Part shown: positions 1-9,061 of the stretch, in pieces | How positions within the stretch are numbered: position 1 is the stretch's first letter | Layout: each line of letters opens with the position of its first letter | Source: Vicinamibacteria bacterium | GTDB taxonomy: Bacteria; Acidobacteriota; Vicinamibacteria; Marinacidobacterales; Marinacidobacteraceae | Direction of reading: 5' to 3' | DNA length: 64,000 bases | Assembly: GCA_963555995.3 (NCBI GenBank) | Contig: OY821641.1 | Location: forward strand, 3,732,716 to 3,796,715 | Program-made: the position numbers and the translations under genes | Notes under the pieces: model-generated | What the model was told of the DNA's origin: nothing | The model's database searches: none | What the model saw: only the letters and a program-made list of their open reading frames with translations

Positions 1-1107
1 CTCTGGCCGGACCTCGGCCACGGCTACGTGGGGAGCACCGGCTACATCATCTTCACCGACCGGGGAGGCGACCGCATCGAGCGGGTGGCCATCGGAGCCA
101 CCGGCTACAAGATCGAGCGCTGCGGGGTCTATGACCAGGTGACCGGCAGCGCCGATCTCGCCGCGTTCGTGCGGGAGCGCGATCCCGAACGGATCGGCGT
201 GAACATGTCCCGCAGCATCGGGGCGGCGGACGGGCTCTCGCACACGAGCTGGCTGCATCTCCGGGAGACGCTCGGCGAGCCCTACGCGGACCGCCTGGTC
301 TCGGCCGAGAAGCTGATCTCGGACTTCCGTTCCCGGCGGGTGGCGAGCGAGATCGTCGCCTTCGGCGAGGCCGGCGAGTGGTCGCGGAGGATCGCCGAGC
401 GCGCCTTCTCGAACGAGGTCATCACCCCGGGCGTCACCGCGCTCGAGGACGTCGGCTGGTGGATCGAACAGCAACTGCTGGAGAACGGCCTCGACAGCTC
501 GTTCGGCATGCCGTCCATCTACATCACCGGTCCGACCGGCATCGAGGCCACCTCCAACGAGCGCATCATCCAGCGCGGCGACCTGCTGATGATTGACTGG
601 GGGGTCGGCTACCTGAACTTCTATACCGACATGAAGCGGATCGCCTACGTGCTGAAGGACGGCGAGGTCGCCGCGCCGCCGGGCATCCAGAACGCCTTCG
701 ACCGGGGCCGCGCCGCCCGCGACGTGATCCGGCGGACCATCAAGCCGGGCCCGACCGCGGGAGCGATGCTGGAACAACTCGGCGCCGAGCTGACCGCCGC
801 CGGCTTCCAGATGATCGAGTTCAACCAGCCCACCGATGACGACACCACCGACGTCGTGATCGGCTGCCACTCGGTCGGGAACCTCGGCCACGGGATCGGC
901 CCCTCCATCGCCTGGTTCAATCCCACCCGGCTGGAGTACGAGATCGTGCCCTCGAACATGTTTTCCATCGAACTCTTCGCCTACACGAAGGCCGACGAGT
1001 TCGGCGGCGCCAAGGTCCGCATCCCGCTCGAGGACGACGCCATCGTCACCGAGCGGGGCGTGGAGTGGTTCTATCCCGCCAACGACCGGATCCTGCTGAT
1101 CCGCTAA
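1..1107 (+). CDS. M24-family metallopeptidase (Xaa-Pro aminopeptidase-like), 5' truncated by window edge
   Basis: Frame is open from position 1. Pita-bread fold metal ligands are visible: IDWG...YTD, GHGIG, SIE, LEDD. Confidence 0.85.
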   Translation, partial: LWPDLGHGYVGSTGYIIFTDRGGDRIERVAIGATGYKIERCGVYDQVTGSADLAAFVRERDPERIGVNMSRSIGAADGLSHTSWLHLRETLGEPYADRLVSAEKLISDFRSRRVASEIVAFGEAGEWSRRIAERAFSNEVITPGVTALEDVGWWIEQQLLENGLDSSFGMPSIYITGPTGIEATSNERIIQRGDLLMIDWGVGYLNFYTDMKRIAYVLKDGEVAAPPGIQNAFDRGRAARDVIRRTIKPGPTAGAMLEQLGAELTAAGFQMIEFNQPTDDDTTDVVIGCHSVGNLGHGIGPSIAWFNPTRLEYEIVPSNMFSIELFAYTKADEFGGAKVRIPLEDDAIVTERGVEWFYPANDRILLIR

Positions 1108-1117
1108 GGAGGCCGAC

Positions 1118-3544
1118 ATGCGGCCGATTTCCGCCACTACCAAAGCCATCCTCTTCCTCATCCTGCCGGCGCTCGCGGGCGCGCAGCTCCGCTCGCAGTC
1201 GGAACTCACCGCCGCCGACGCCGATCCCGGCTTCCGCCTGACCCTCGATCATCTCGGCGGCGGCAACCGCGTCTTCGGCCTGGCTCCGCGCGACCTGCGC
1301 TGGGCCCCGGACGGTTCCGAGGTCTATTTCCGCTGGCGCGAGGATCCGAAACCCGACCAGCTCGCCGACGACGATCCGTGGTTTGCGGTGGACCGGGCGG
1401 GAGGAGCCCTGCGGGAGTTGAGCGAGGACGAGGTCGGCCTCGTCCCGGGATCGAACGCGGTCCGGACCGTCTCGGGAGACACGGCCGCCTGGAGCCGGCA
1501 GGGCTCGCTCTACGTCTGGACGGAGGACGGGGGAACGCGTCCGGTCTTCGCGGTCGCCGGCCAGATCGGACAGCTCCGGCTCCGTCCCGACGGCAGCAGG
1601 GTCCTCTTCGCCACCAAGGGTCTCTCGGCGAACGCGCCCGAGAGCGGAGATCTTTGGGAACACGACGTCGCCTCCGGCGCCACCCGCCAGCTCGCGGTGG
1701 TGGTCCCCGCGAAGGAGGAGGAGACCGACCAGCAGACCTGGCTCAAGGCGCAGCAGAACGAACTCGTCCAGGTCGTCCGCGAACGCAAGGAACGGGACGA
1801 ACGCCGCGACCAGCTCCGCCGGGACCAGAACGGCCTCCTGCCCCAGGAGATTCCGGTCCCCAAGGGTGAGAAGGCGGTGGACATCCGCGTGTCACCGGAC
1901 GGCAAGCACCTCGTCTTCCGGTCGCGCAAGGACCCCTCGGACCCGAAGCGCACCAGCTTCATGGAGTTCGTGAACGAGAGCGGGCAGGCCACCGAGAAGG
2001 ACGCCCGTCCGAAGGTCGGCGAAACCCTCCCGTCGTGGCGCCTCGGCATCGTGGCGGTGGACCGCGCCGTCCGCACCGAGGACATCGAGATCCGTTGGGT
2101 CGAGGACGGCATCGAGAAGGACACCGTGATGCACGGCCCCTGGTGGAGCCCGGACGGGAAGCACGGGGCGGTGCAGGTGCTCTCCATGGACCACAAGGAG
2201 CGCTGGATCTCGCTGCTCGATGTCGAGTCCGGAACGCTGCGCCACGTGGACCACCAGCAGGAGGAAGCCTGGATCGGCGGGCCGCTGGTGACCGGCCGCT
2301 GGTCGCCGGGGTACCTGGAGTGGCTGCCGGACAGCCAGGCGTTCGCCTTCGGGTCGGTGGCGAGCGGCTGGGCGATGCTGATGCTCGCGAACCTCGAGGG
2401 AGAGGTCACGGCGCTTACCGAGGGCCAGTTCGAGGTGCGGCGCGCCGAGCTCGCGCCGGGCGGCGACTCGTTCCTCGTCACCACCAGCCGCGAGCATCCC
2501 GGCGAGGAGCACCTCTACCGGCTGCCGGCGCGCGGCGGCGCCCTCGAGCAGATCACCGGGGGCGAGGGAATGCACTCCTGGGCCGTCGCTCCCGACGGTG
2601 GGCGGGTCGCTGCGATCAGCCAGTCGCTCACCGAGATGGGCGATCTCTACCTGATGGACCCGGTGGCCGCTGCCGAGCCGGTACGGATCACGAAGAGCGG
2701 CACCGACGCCTTCTACCGGACCGCCTGGGCCGGCAGCGAGATCGTCGAGTACGACCTGCCCGACGGCACGACGGCGTGGGCCCGGATCTGGGACACGCCT
2801 GCCGGGGCCACCCCCGGTGCGACGCCCGCCGTGGTCTATGCCCACGGCTGCGGCGAGTGCGCCCAGGCGGTGGTCAAGGGCTGGGCGCGCTCGGGCAGCA
2901 TCGTCTATGCGAACTACCTGATCCAGCGCGGCTACGCGGCGGCCTCGGTGGACTACCGGGGAAGCTCCGGCTACGGACACCGGAACCGCACCTACGCCTA
3001 CCGCCAGATGGGGGTCTCGGACATCGACAGCGCGCTGCCGCTGCTGGACATCCTGGCGGACCGCCACGGCGTCGCGCGCGATCGCATCGGGGTCTACGGC
3101 GGCTCCTACGGCGGCTTCTTCACCCTCATGTCCCTCTTCCGGAATCCGGGCAGCTACGCCGCGGGCGTCGCCCTCTACCCGGTCACCGACTGGGTCCACT
3201 ACAACCAGGGCTACACGAGCCGGATCCTGAACGGCGACCAGCTCGACGACGAGGAGGCCTATCGGGTCTCGAGCCCGGTCTACTACGCGGACGGGTTACA
3301 GGACGCGCTCCAGATCCAGCACGGCCTCGTGGACGGCAACGTCCAGATCCAGGACTCCTTCCGCCTCGCCCAGATCCTCATCGAGAAGCAGAAGGACTTC
3401 GACCTGGTCGTCTATCCGGTCGAGGACCACGGCTGGGACGAGATCCCCACGCGCCGCGACAGCTACCGCCGCATGACCGACTTCTTCGACCGCTACCTCA
3501 GCGGCGGCTCCGGAGGCACACCCCCGACCACGGACCCACGATAG
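1118..3544 (+). CDS. S9 prolyl oligopeptidase / dipeptidyl-peptidase IV family, secreted
   Basis: Signal peptide, beta-propeller-like N-terminal region, nucleophile motif GGSYGG, catalytic Asp (DGNV) and His (EDHG). RBS AGGAGG upstream. Confidence 0.92.
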   Translation: MRPISATTKAILFLILPALAGAQLRSQSELTAADADPGFRLTLDHLGGGNRVFGLAPRDLRWAPDGSEVYFRWREDPKPDQLADDDPWFAVDRAGGALRELSEDEVGLVPGSNAVRTVSGDTAAWSRQGSLYVWTEDGGTRPVFAVAGQIGQLRLRPDGSRVLFATKGLSANAPESGDLWEHDVASGATRQLAVVVPAKEEETDQQTWLKAQQNELVQVVRERKERDERRDQLRRDQNGLLPQEIPVPKGEKAVDIRVSPDGKHLVFRSRKDPSDPKRTSFMEFVNESGQATEKDARPKVGETLPSWRLGIVAVDRAVRTEDIEIRWVEDGIEKDTVMHGPWWSPDGKHGAVQVLSMDHKERWISLLDVESGTLRHVDHQQEEAWIGGPLVTGRWSPGYLEWLPDSQAFAFGSVASGWAMLMLANLEGEVTALTEGQFEVRRAELAPGGDSFLVTTSREHPGEEHLYRLPARGGALEQITGGEGMHSWAVAPDGGRVAAISQSLTEMGDLYLMDPVAAAEPVRITKSGTDAFYRTAWAGSEIVEYDLPDGTTAWARIWDTPAGATPGATPAVVYAHGCGECAQAVVKGWARSGSIVYANYLIQRGYAAASVDYRGSSGYGHRNRTYAYRQMGVSDIDSALPLLDILADRHGVARDRIGVYGGSYGGFFTLMSLFRNPGSYAAGVALYPVTDWVHYNQGYTSRILNGDQLDDEEAYRVSSPVYYADGLQDALQIQHGLVDGNVQIQDSFRLAQILIEKQKDFDLVVYPVEDHGWDEIPTRRDSYRRMTDFFDRYLSGGSGGTPPTTDPR

Positions 3545-3550
3545 CGCACC

Positions 3551-4010
3551 GGCATGGAACGCCGCCTTCAGCCGGCACAGCCCGCCCAAGGCGGGCGGAC
3601 CGCGTAACGCCGTCGCGCGCAAAACACGGAAACGGCTTGGAACGCCGGTCTCCAGACCGGCACGCGCGGCGCTCCGCGCGGCGCACGTCCCAACCTCAAC
3701 GGGCCAAGGTGGCCCCCGCCTCGACGCGGCGTTCCAGAGCGGAGGCAACAGGTACGGCTTGGAACGCCGCCTTCAGCCGGTACAGCCCGCCCAAGGCGGG
3801 CGGACCGCGTAACGCCGTCGCGCGCAAAACACGGAAACGGCTTGGAACGCCGGTCTCCAGACCGGCACGCGCGGCGCTCCGCGCGGCGCACGTCCCAACC
3901 CCACCGGGCCAAAGCGGCCCCCGCCTCGACGTGGAGTTCCAGAGCGCAGGCAGCAGGTACGGGTTGGAGCGCCGGCTTCAGCCGGCACCGCGGTCCGCAG
4001 GGCCGCGAGG
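3551..4010 (+). repeat. BIME-like tandem array of REP hairpins (205-bp period, ~2.2 units)
   Basis: TGGA(A/G)CGCCG(C/G)CTTCAGCCGG recurs at 3555, 3760 and 3965. Each full unit also contains GGAACGCCGGTCTCCAGACCGGCACGCGCGGCGCTCCGCG. Confidence 0.9.
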
Positions 4011-4019
4011 CTGCGGACC

Positions 4020-4131
4020 CTCAAAACTCAGCACAGCCCCGTGGACGGGCACGTCCAGACCAAGGACTCCTTCCGGCTGGCCCAGATCCTCATCGAGAGG
4101 CAGAAACCTCGACCTGTCGGCTACCGGCGAG
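4020..4131 (+). pseudogene. Diverged duplicate fragment of the 3' region of the upstream S9 peptidase
   Basis: Reads VDGHVQTKDSFRLAQILIERQK versus VDGNVQIQDSFRLAQILIEKQK at 3329-3394, then frameshifts. Confidence 0.85.
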
Positions 4132-4199
4132 TCCTGTCGTCGGGCCGTAGAATCCTGTCAGCGCGCTCCCAGAGTGCCAGGACGAGCCCTCCGCAGCCC

Positions 4200-4346
4200 A
4201 TGAAGCCGGAACTGACCGTGAACGACCTGATCCGGGAGGCGGACCGCTTCGCAACGGGCTTGGCGAAAGAGTGGACATCGAGAGGGAAGCCGCGCGGTGC
4301 GACGGAGACATTCCGAACCGTCCGCATACGGGCCTCCCGTGATTGA
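4200..4346 (+). pseudogene. Short ORF, possibly the N-terminal stub of a restriction-endonuclease-like gene
   Basis: MKPELTVNDLIREADRFA resembles, from memory, the N-terminus of a type II REase-like family. The rest is unrecognisable. Confidence 0.25.
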
Positions 4347-4406
4347 ATTGGCCACTGGCAGGGCCGGGCGGGGAGACGATGTGACGGCGTTTGAGCGAGG
4401 AGCGAG

Positions 4407-5252
4407 ATGATCGACATCAACGAGATCGGGGCGACCGCGTTTGTCATCGCGTCCATCCGCGCGTTGGAGGACGAAAAGCCGGAGCCCCTGTTCAGCGACC
4501 AGTACGCCAGGTGGTTCTCCAACGAGCGCGCGCGTGGCGCCGCGCGGCAACTGGACGTCGCCTTTCCGCCATCGACCACCATGGTCCGTTTCCGCACCCG
4601 CTACTTCAACGGCTTCGTCGAGCGCGGGATCGCGGCCGGCGCCCGGCAGGTCGTGCTGCTCGGCGGCGGCTTCGACATGCGCGCCCACCAATACGGCAAT
4701 CAGGACGTCGCTTTCTTCGAGGTGGACCAGAAGGCCGTCCTCGAATTCAAGCGGGTGGTCGTGGAGCGGGGCGGACTCGCTCAGCCTCCCTCGCTCCTCG
4801 CCAACTACCTCGACACCGATGTCTCCGCCGGTCTCGCGGAACTCGGCTTCGACCCGGCGGCTTCCACGCTGCTCGTCTGGGAAGGGAACACCATGTACTT
4901 GCCTCCCGAGAGCATCATGCCCTTCCTCAATCGCCTCGCCGGTTCGATGCGGTCGTTCCGCATCGCCTTCGACTACTTCTCGCTCGACCTGCAGGACCGC
5001 GAATCCGTGGACCCCGTGGACCGCAAACGCCTTGAGGGGGTGGAGCGAGCGATGGGCGCCTCGTTCCCCACCGGCTTTGCCGACCTGGCCGTGTTCGAGA
5101 GCGAGACGGCGCTCAGAGTCGCCGAGTCGGGCTCGTTCGCGGGGCTGGCCGAGGAATACGGATACACGGACACGGTGGCCGCCTACCCCGAGGACTGGCG
5201 CGAGACGCTGAAGCTCTATCGGTACTGTGTCTTGGAGAGGGCGCGGCGGTAA
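4407..5252 (+). CDS. SAM-dependent methyltransferase (LCM / mycobacterial ML2640-like family)
   Basis: TA...RALE, RTRYFN, QVVLLGGGFDMRA, FEVDQ and WEGNTMYL motifs. Confidence 0.88.
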   Translation: MIDINEIGATAFVIASIRALEDEKPEPLFSDQYARWFSNERARGAARQLDVAFPPSTTMVRFRTRYFNGFVERGIAAGARQVVLLGGGFDMRAHQYGNQDVAFFEVDQKAVLEFKRVVVERGGLAQPPSLLANYLDTDVSAGLAELGFDPAASTLLVWEGNTMYLPPESIMPFLNRLAGSMRSFRIAFDYFSLDLQDRESVDPVDRKRLEGVERAMGASFPTGFADLAVFESETALRVAESGSFAGLAEEYGYTDTVAAYPEDWRETLKLYRYCVLERARR

Positions 5253-5261
5253 CCGGGGACG

Positions 5262-5621
5262 CTACGGAAGCGCGCGGGCCATCGCCTGAGCCTCGCGGCA
5301 CGACTTCGTGCGCCGGTAGCCGATCCACGTCGAGATGGCGGCCGCCGCTGCCGTGAGGCTGCCGTCAATCCGGTCGTCCCGGTTGTCGTAGTTCACCGTG
5401 AGCGCGAAGACCCACAGCATGAGCCCCAGATCTACGAGCGGCCACATCCGGCTGCTGGTGCACGGGACGCCGTCCGGGTAGGCGCCGGTCGCGTCGTAGT
5501 CGCTCTCGCCGGGCTTGGGTGGCCCCTGAGTGAGGACGATGGAACAGCCGCTCGCGAGGACCGCGAACATGAGGCCACCCGCCACGAGGCGTAGGAGGTG
5601 GGGATTTCGGATGCGCAGCAT
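5262..5621 (-). CDS. Small hypothetical lipoprotein / membrane protein
   Basis: Lipobox LASGC, two hydrophobic segments and a Cys pair. Starts just downstream of the aminoacylase stop. Confidence 0.6.
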   Translation of the reverse strand: MLRIRNPHLLRLVAGGLMFAVLASGCSIVLTQGPPKPGESDYDATGAYPDGVPCTSSRMWPLVDLGLMLWVFALTVNYDNRDDRIDGSLTAAAAAISTWIGYRRTKSCREAQAMARALP

Positions 5622-5628
5622 GGGGTCG

Positions 5629-7347
5629 TCAAGTGGACCGGCGGAGCACGCAGCCGGGAAGCGCGCCGGTGAAGCGGCCGTCATGGATCACGGGCTGTCC
5701 GTTCACGAAGGTGGCCCGGATGCCGGTGGCCCGGGCGCGGGGTTGTTCGAGGGTGGCGTGGTCCGTCACTTCGCCTCTGTCGAACAGAACGAGATCCGCG
5801 GGGAATCCGTTCGAGATTCGCCCCCGGTCCTCGAGTCCGACGATGTCGGCAGGCAGCGAGGTCATCCGCCGGATCGCCTCTTCCAGAGGGAGAAGCCCCT
5901 CCTCCCGGACGTAGCGCCGGAGCACCCGCGGGAACGCGCCGTAGGCCGCCGGATGGGGCGAGCCCTTCCCGTAGTCGTTCGCGTCGGTGATGAAGGCCAC
6001 CTCGGGATCGCCAGCGAGTTCGCGGAGGCCGTCCTCGCCGCTGATGTCGAGCACGAACTGCCCGACGGCTCCGTCCTCGGCCAGCATGAGGTCCGAGATG
6101 GCCTCGAACGGTTCCCTCCCCGCCGCGCTTCCGAGTTCGGCGAGCGAGCGTCCGAGCGCGTCGCGGCCGGCCTCGCTCCCCACGCTGGACACCCGGATCC
6201 GGTCCCAACCCACCGCCGAGACCAGGTTGTGCGGCCAGCCTCCGGGTTCCCAGGGCGGCCACTCGGGAGTGCGCTCCTCGATGTCCTTCCCGATCCGGGC
6301 CCGCGTCTCCGGGTCGCGCAGGCGGGCGAGCAACTCGTCCGGGCCGCCTTCGAGAGCCCACGGCGGATAGATCGCGTACATCATGGTTGCCGCCACCGGG
6401 TAGGGAAACATGTCCGCGGAGACTCGCACGCCGTCCCGGCGGGCTTCGCGCTCCACGTCGAGGAACGTGGCGAGCTTCGCCCAGTGGTCCCGGCCGACCG
6501 CTTCCGCGTGGCTGTGATGGACCCGGACCTCCGCGTCCCGGCCGATCCCGATCAGTTCCTCCACCGCCGGGAGCAGCGTTTCGCTCGATCCCCGCACGTG
6601 GGCGGTGAACACGCCGTCCGAGGCTCGCAGCGAACCCGCCAGTTCGAGTAGCTCCTCCGTCGCGCTGAACATTCCCGGCGGATAGATGAGCCCGCAGGAG
6701 AGGCCGCAGGCGCCCTCTTCGAGGCTCTGTTCCAGCCCGCCGGCCATCGCCGCGCGTTCCCCGGCGTCGGGCGCTCCGGGCCGCAGACCCATCGCGCCGA
6801 GCCGCAGCAGGCCGTGGGGAACGAGGGCGGCCACGTTGAGCGGAAGGCCGCGCGTCTCCAACGCGGAGAAGTAGTCGGCGAGCGATTCCCAACGCCAGTC
6901 GGCTCCCTCGGGTGTCATCCAGGCGTGCACGGCGGGAGCGAGGTCATGCGCCTCGCCGAACAGCGGCGCCGCCCCCAGCCCGCAGTTCCCGATCACCTCG
7001 GTGGTGATGCCTTGGGCCAGCCGGCCGGCGATGAGTGTTTCGCGGTCGGGCCGGCTGCTGGCGAGCACCAGGTCGCCGTGCGAGTGGATGTCCACGAAGC
7101 CGGGAGCCGCGACCAGGCCCTCAGCGTCCACTACATAGAGCGCCTCGCCCTCGGCCGGGACGAAGCGGCCGTCCCGGATTCCGAGGTCCCCGCGCCGCGC
7201 GGGAGCGCCCGTCCCGTCCACCACCAGAGCGTTGCGGATCCGGTAGTCGAGGGAGGCGGGGTGGGAGGGGCGCTCCGGGCCGCACGCGACGCCGAAGAGG
7301 CCGGCGGCAAGCGCGCCGCCGAACTCGCGCCGGTTCAGGTCAGCCAT
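5629..7347 (-). CDS. N-acyl-D-amino-acid deacylase (amidohydrolase_3), Tat-exported lipoprotein
   Basis: NRREF twin-arginine signal with lipobox GVAC. Motifs APGFVDIHSH, GITTEVIGNCG, HPAAYGAFPR. Confidence 0.9.
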   Translation of the reverse strand: MADLNRREFGGALAAGLFGVACGPERPSHPASLDYRIRNALVVDGTGAPARRGDLGIRDGRFVPAEGEALYVVDAEGLVAAPGFVDIHSHGDLVLASSRPDRETLIAGRLAQGITTEVIGNCGLGAAPLFGEAHDLAPAVHAWMTPEGADWRWESLADYFSALETRGLPLNVAALVPHGLLRLGAMGLRPGAPDAGERAAMAGGLEQSLEEGACGLSCGLIYPPGMFSATEELLELAGSLRASDGVFTAHVRGSSETLLPAVEELIGIGRDAEVRVHHSHAEAVGRDHWAKLATFLDVEREARRDGVRVSADMFPYPVAATMMYAIYPPWALEGGPDELLARLRDPETRARIGKDIEERTPEWPPWEPGGWPHNLVSAVGWDRIRVSSVGSEAGRDALGRSLAELGSAAGREPFEAISDLMLAEDGAVGQFVLDISGEDGLRELAGDPEVAFITDANDYGKGSPHPAAYGAFPRVLRRYVREEGLLPLEEAIRRMTSLPADIVGLEDRGRISNGFPADLVLFDRGEVTDHATLEQPRARATGIRATFVNGQPVIHDGRFTGALPGCVLRRST

Positions 7348-7354
7348 CGGGCGA

Positions 7355-7600
7355 ATCAAGGGACTTCCTAGTGCCCACCTCGCGGCGGTCAGATCCGTCG
7401 AGTTCGTCCTTCGGCCTTGAGCCAATCAAGGTGATATTTCACCCCATCCTCGGTATACCGGCCAGCGCGGTCGCGATCTCGCCGCGGCCTGCGGTCGGAT
7501 TCCCGCGCAGAATCCGGAGGATTCCCTGAGCGGCGTTCCGAGTCGGCCGGTGTGTTCTTGGGTAGTTGTTTTGGGTAGTTCTGGCCGTTTCCGGATAGCG
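7355..7600 (-). pseudogene. Frameshifted C-terminal winged-helix relic (type found on AlbA/HATPase_c_4 or Fic regulators)
   Basis: Pieces in different frames read TTQE..ILRILRGNPTAGRGEIATAL..TEDGVKYHLDWLKAEGRTRRI..GGH*EV, with TAG in place of the usual Trp. Confidence 0.65.
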
Positions 7601-7730
7601 CTCTCCAAGTTCGCACCGACCTCCATGCTGACGCTCTGATCCTCCCAATCTACAGCTTGGCTCACACGGCTGAGCGATCGGTTCGCCGAGTCACTTCTTT
7701 GGCCGCCAAGTGCACGTTCATTGCGGCCAC

Positions 7731-8447
7731 CTACTCGCGGTCACGCTGATCGAGGATACACCTCAGTGCGTGCCAGTCACCTTCCGTCGGCGACTGCGAC
7801 CATGTGAGCTCCTGCGACATCGGGTATCCCAATCCTTTGTCGTAATCCGCGTGGTGGAAGCCGAACAAATGAAACATTTCGTGCAGGACCATCTCGTCGG
7901 TTCGTTCTCCACCCTTGCCGTATAGGGTCCCGTTCCAGTACTGGATACGCGCGCATTTGGCAGACGCCGTAAGCTGCACATCTGGAAGCACGGGATTCGG
8001 TTCTTGTTGATCGCTCACAAAGACGGTGATCCTGCCCTCCTCCCAGCCGCCCAAACGAGGGCAAGAACGCTCTTCCTCGAGTCGGATCCCCTCTCGAATC
8101 ATCCGGCGCTCGAGGCCTCTGTTGAACTTGTCGATCACCCGTCGCCGGACCTCCTGAGCGTGCTCCCATTCATCGTCCGCAACCCGAGCCCAATCGAAGT
8201 ACAGCACGGAAGAGGGCTCCTCCAGAATCACCACGGGTTCGCCCCCAGAGTAGTAGTTCCGAGCTTGATCGTACTCGTACCCTGAGCACTGCGCAGGCTC
8301 TGGGGCAGGTTCCGGTTCGGGGGAGGGCTCCGGAGCAGACGGGGGAGGAGTTGGCGTCGTCCGAGTCAAGTCTCCGGAGTCAGCTCCACAAGCGGTGAGA
8401 ACGGTGAGTACTGCAAGGATGAGAGGCCGTGTGATGCTGTCGAGCAT
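7731..8447 (-). CDS. Lipoprotein with metzincin-type zinc-protease motif
   Basis: Lipobox LTAC, Pro/Glu-rich linker, HEMFHLFGFHH (HExxHxxGxxH) followed by a candidate Met-turn (YPMS). Confidence 0.75.
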   Translation of the reverse strand: MLDSITRPLILAVLTVLTACGADSGDLTRTTPTPPPSAPEPSPEPEPAPEPAQCSGYEYDQARNYYSGGEPVVILEEPSSVLYFDWARVADDEWEHAQEVRRRVIDKFNRGLERRMIREGIRLEEERSCPRLGGWEEGRITVFVSDQQEPNPVLPDVQLTASAKCARIQYWNGTLYGKGGERTDEMVLHEMFHLFGFHHADYDKGLGYPMSQELTWSQSPTEGDWHALRCILDQRDRE

Positions 8448-9061
8448 GTGCGCCCGTGTGCAAATCATGATGTGCTCCTTCCCGGGAACCCTTGCCGAAG
8501 TTTGGGCTTGCCCGTTTTTTGTGGACACGATTGAGTCTGGGACCCGGCTCGGAAGGCGTGTGAATCGGAGGCCGGCACTCGGTTGAGCGTAGCGTTTCTG
8601 TGGCTCGGCAAGACGAGTGAGTTGGCTGGCTTGGGGCCCCTGCTGCCGCCGGTGGGTGAGAAGAATGGGAGTGGGCTCGCGCTGGGTGCCGAGGTGCTTG
8701 AACAGCGCTTGGTGTGGGTCAGCTTCAGCGTAGCGCGCAAGGCCGGACCGGGAGAGGATGGAGTTGGCGGGGCACCTGCAGGATCGGGGCACCGTTGTCG
8801 TCGTTGGCGGTATCCAAGTGGACCGGCTGTGTGCTGTCGCGGGATAGGACGGTCTTTGTGGGAAGGTCAACGGCCGAAGTCCGGGGGGTCGCGCAGCGTT
8901 TGCCATTCCGTGAACGCGCGGCCTCCGACGGCGACGCACGAGTCCGAGCGGCGGCGCTACCCGACTCGCGACCGGAGCCAGAACAGCCTGGCGCCTGCGT
9001 TGCTCACGCTCGGCGACGACTGGCACCGCAACCACCACCGCCACCCCATGGGGCGTCTAGC

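Noticed and set aside
3308-4131. Diversity-generating retroelement (VR/TR pair)
   Set aside because: Differences are not adenine-specific, they include indels, and no reverse transcriptase is in the window.
7731-9044. ORF-track N-terminal extensions (437-aa, 1170-aa, 695-aa, 495-aa, 506-aa, 497-aa, 899-aa and 388-aa calls)
   Set aside because: Homology, signal peptides and RBS or overlap patterns place the true starts downstream (8447, 14447, 16659, 29397, 39799, 44324, ~53550, 63364).
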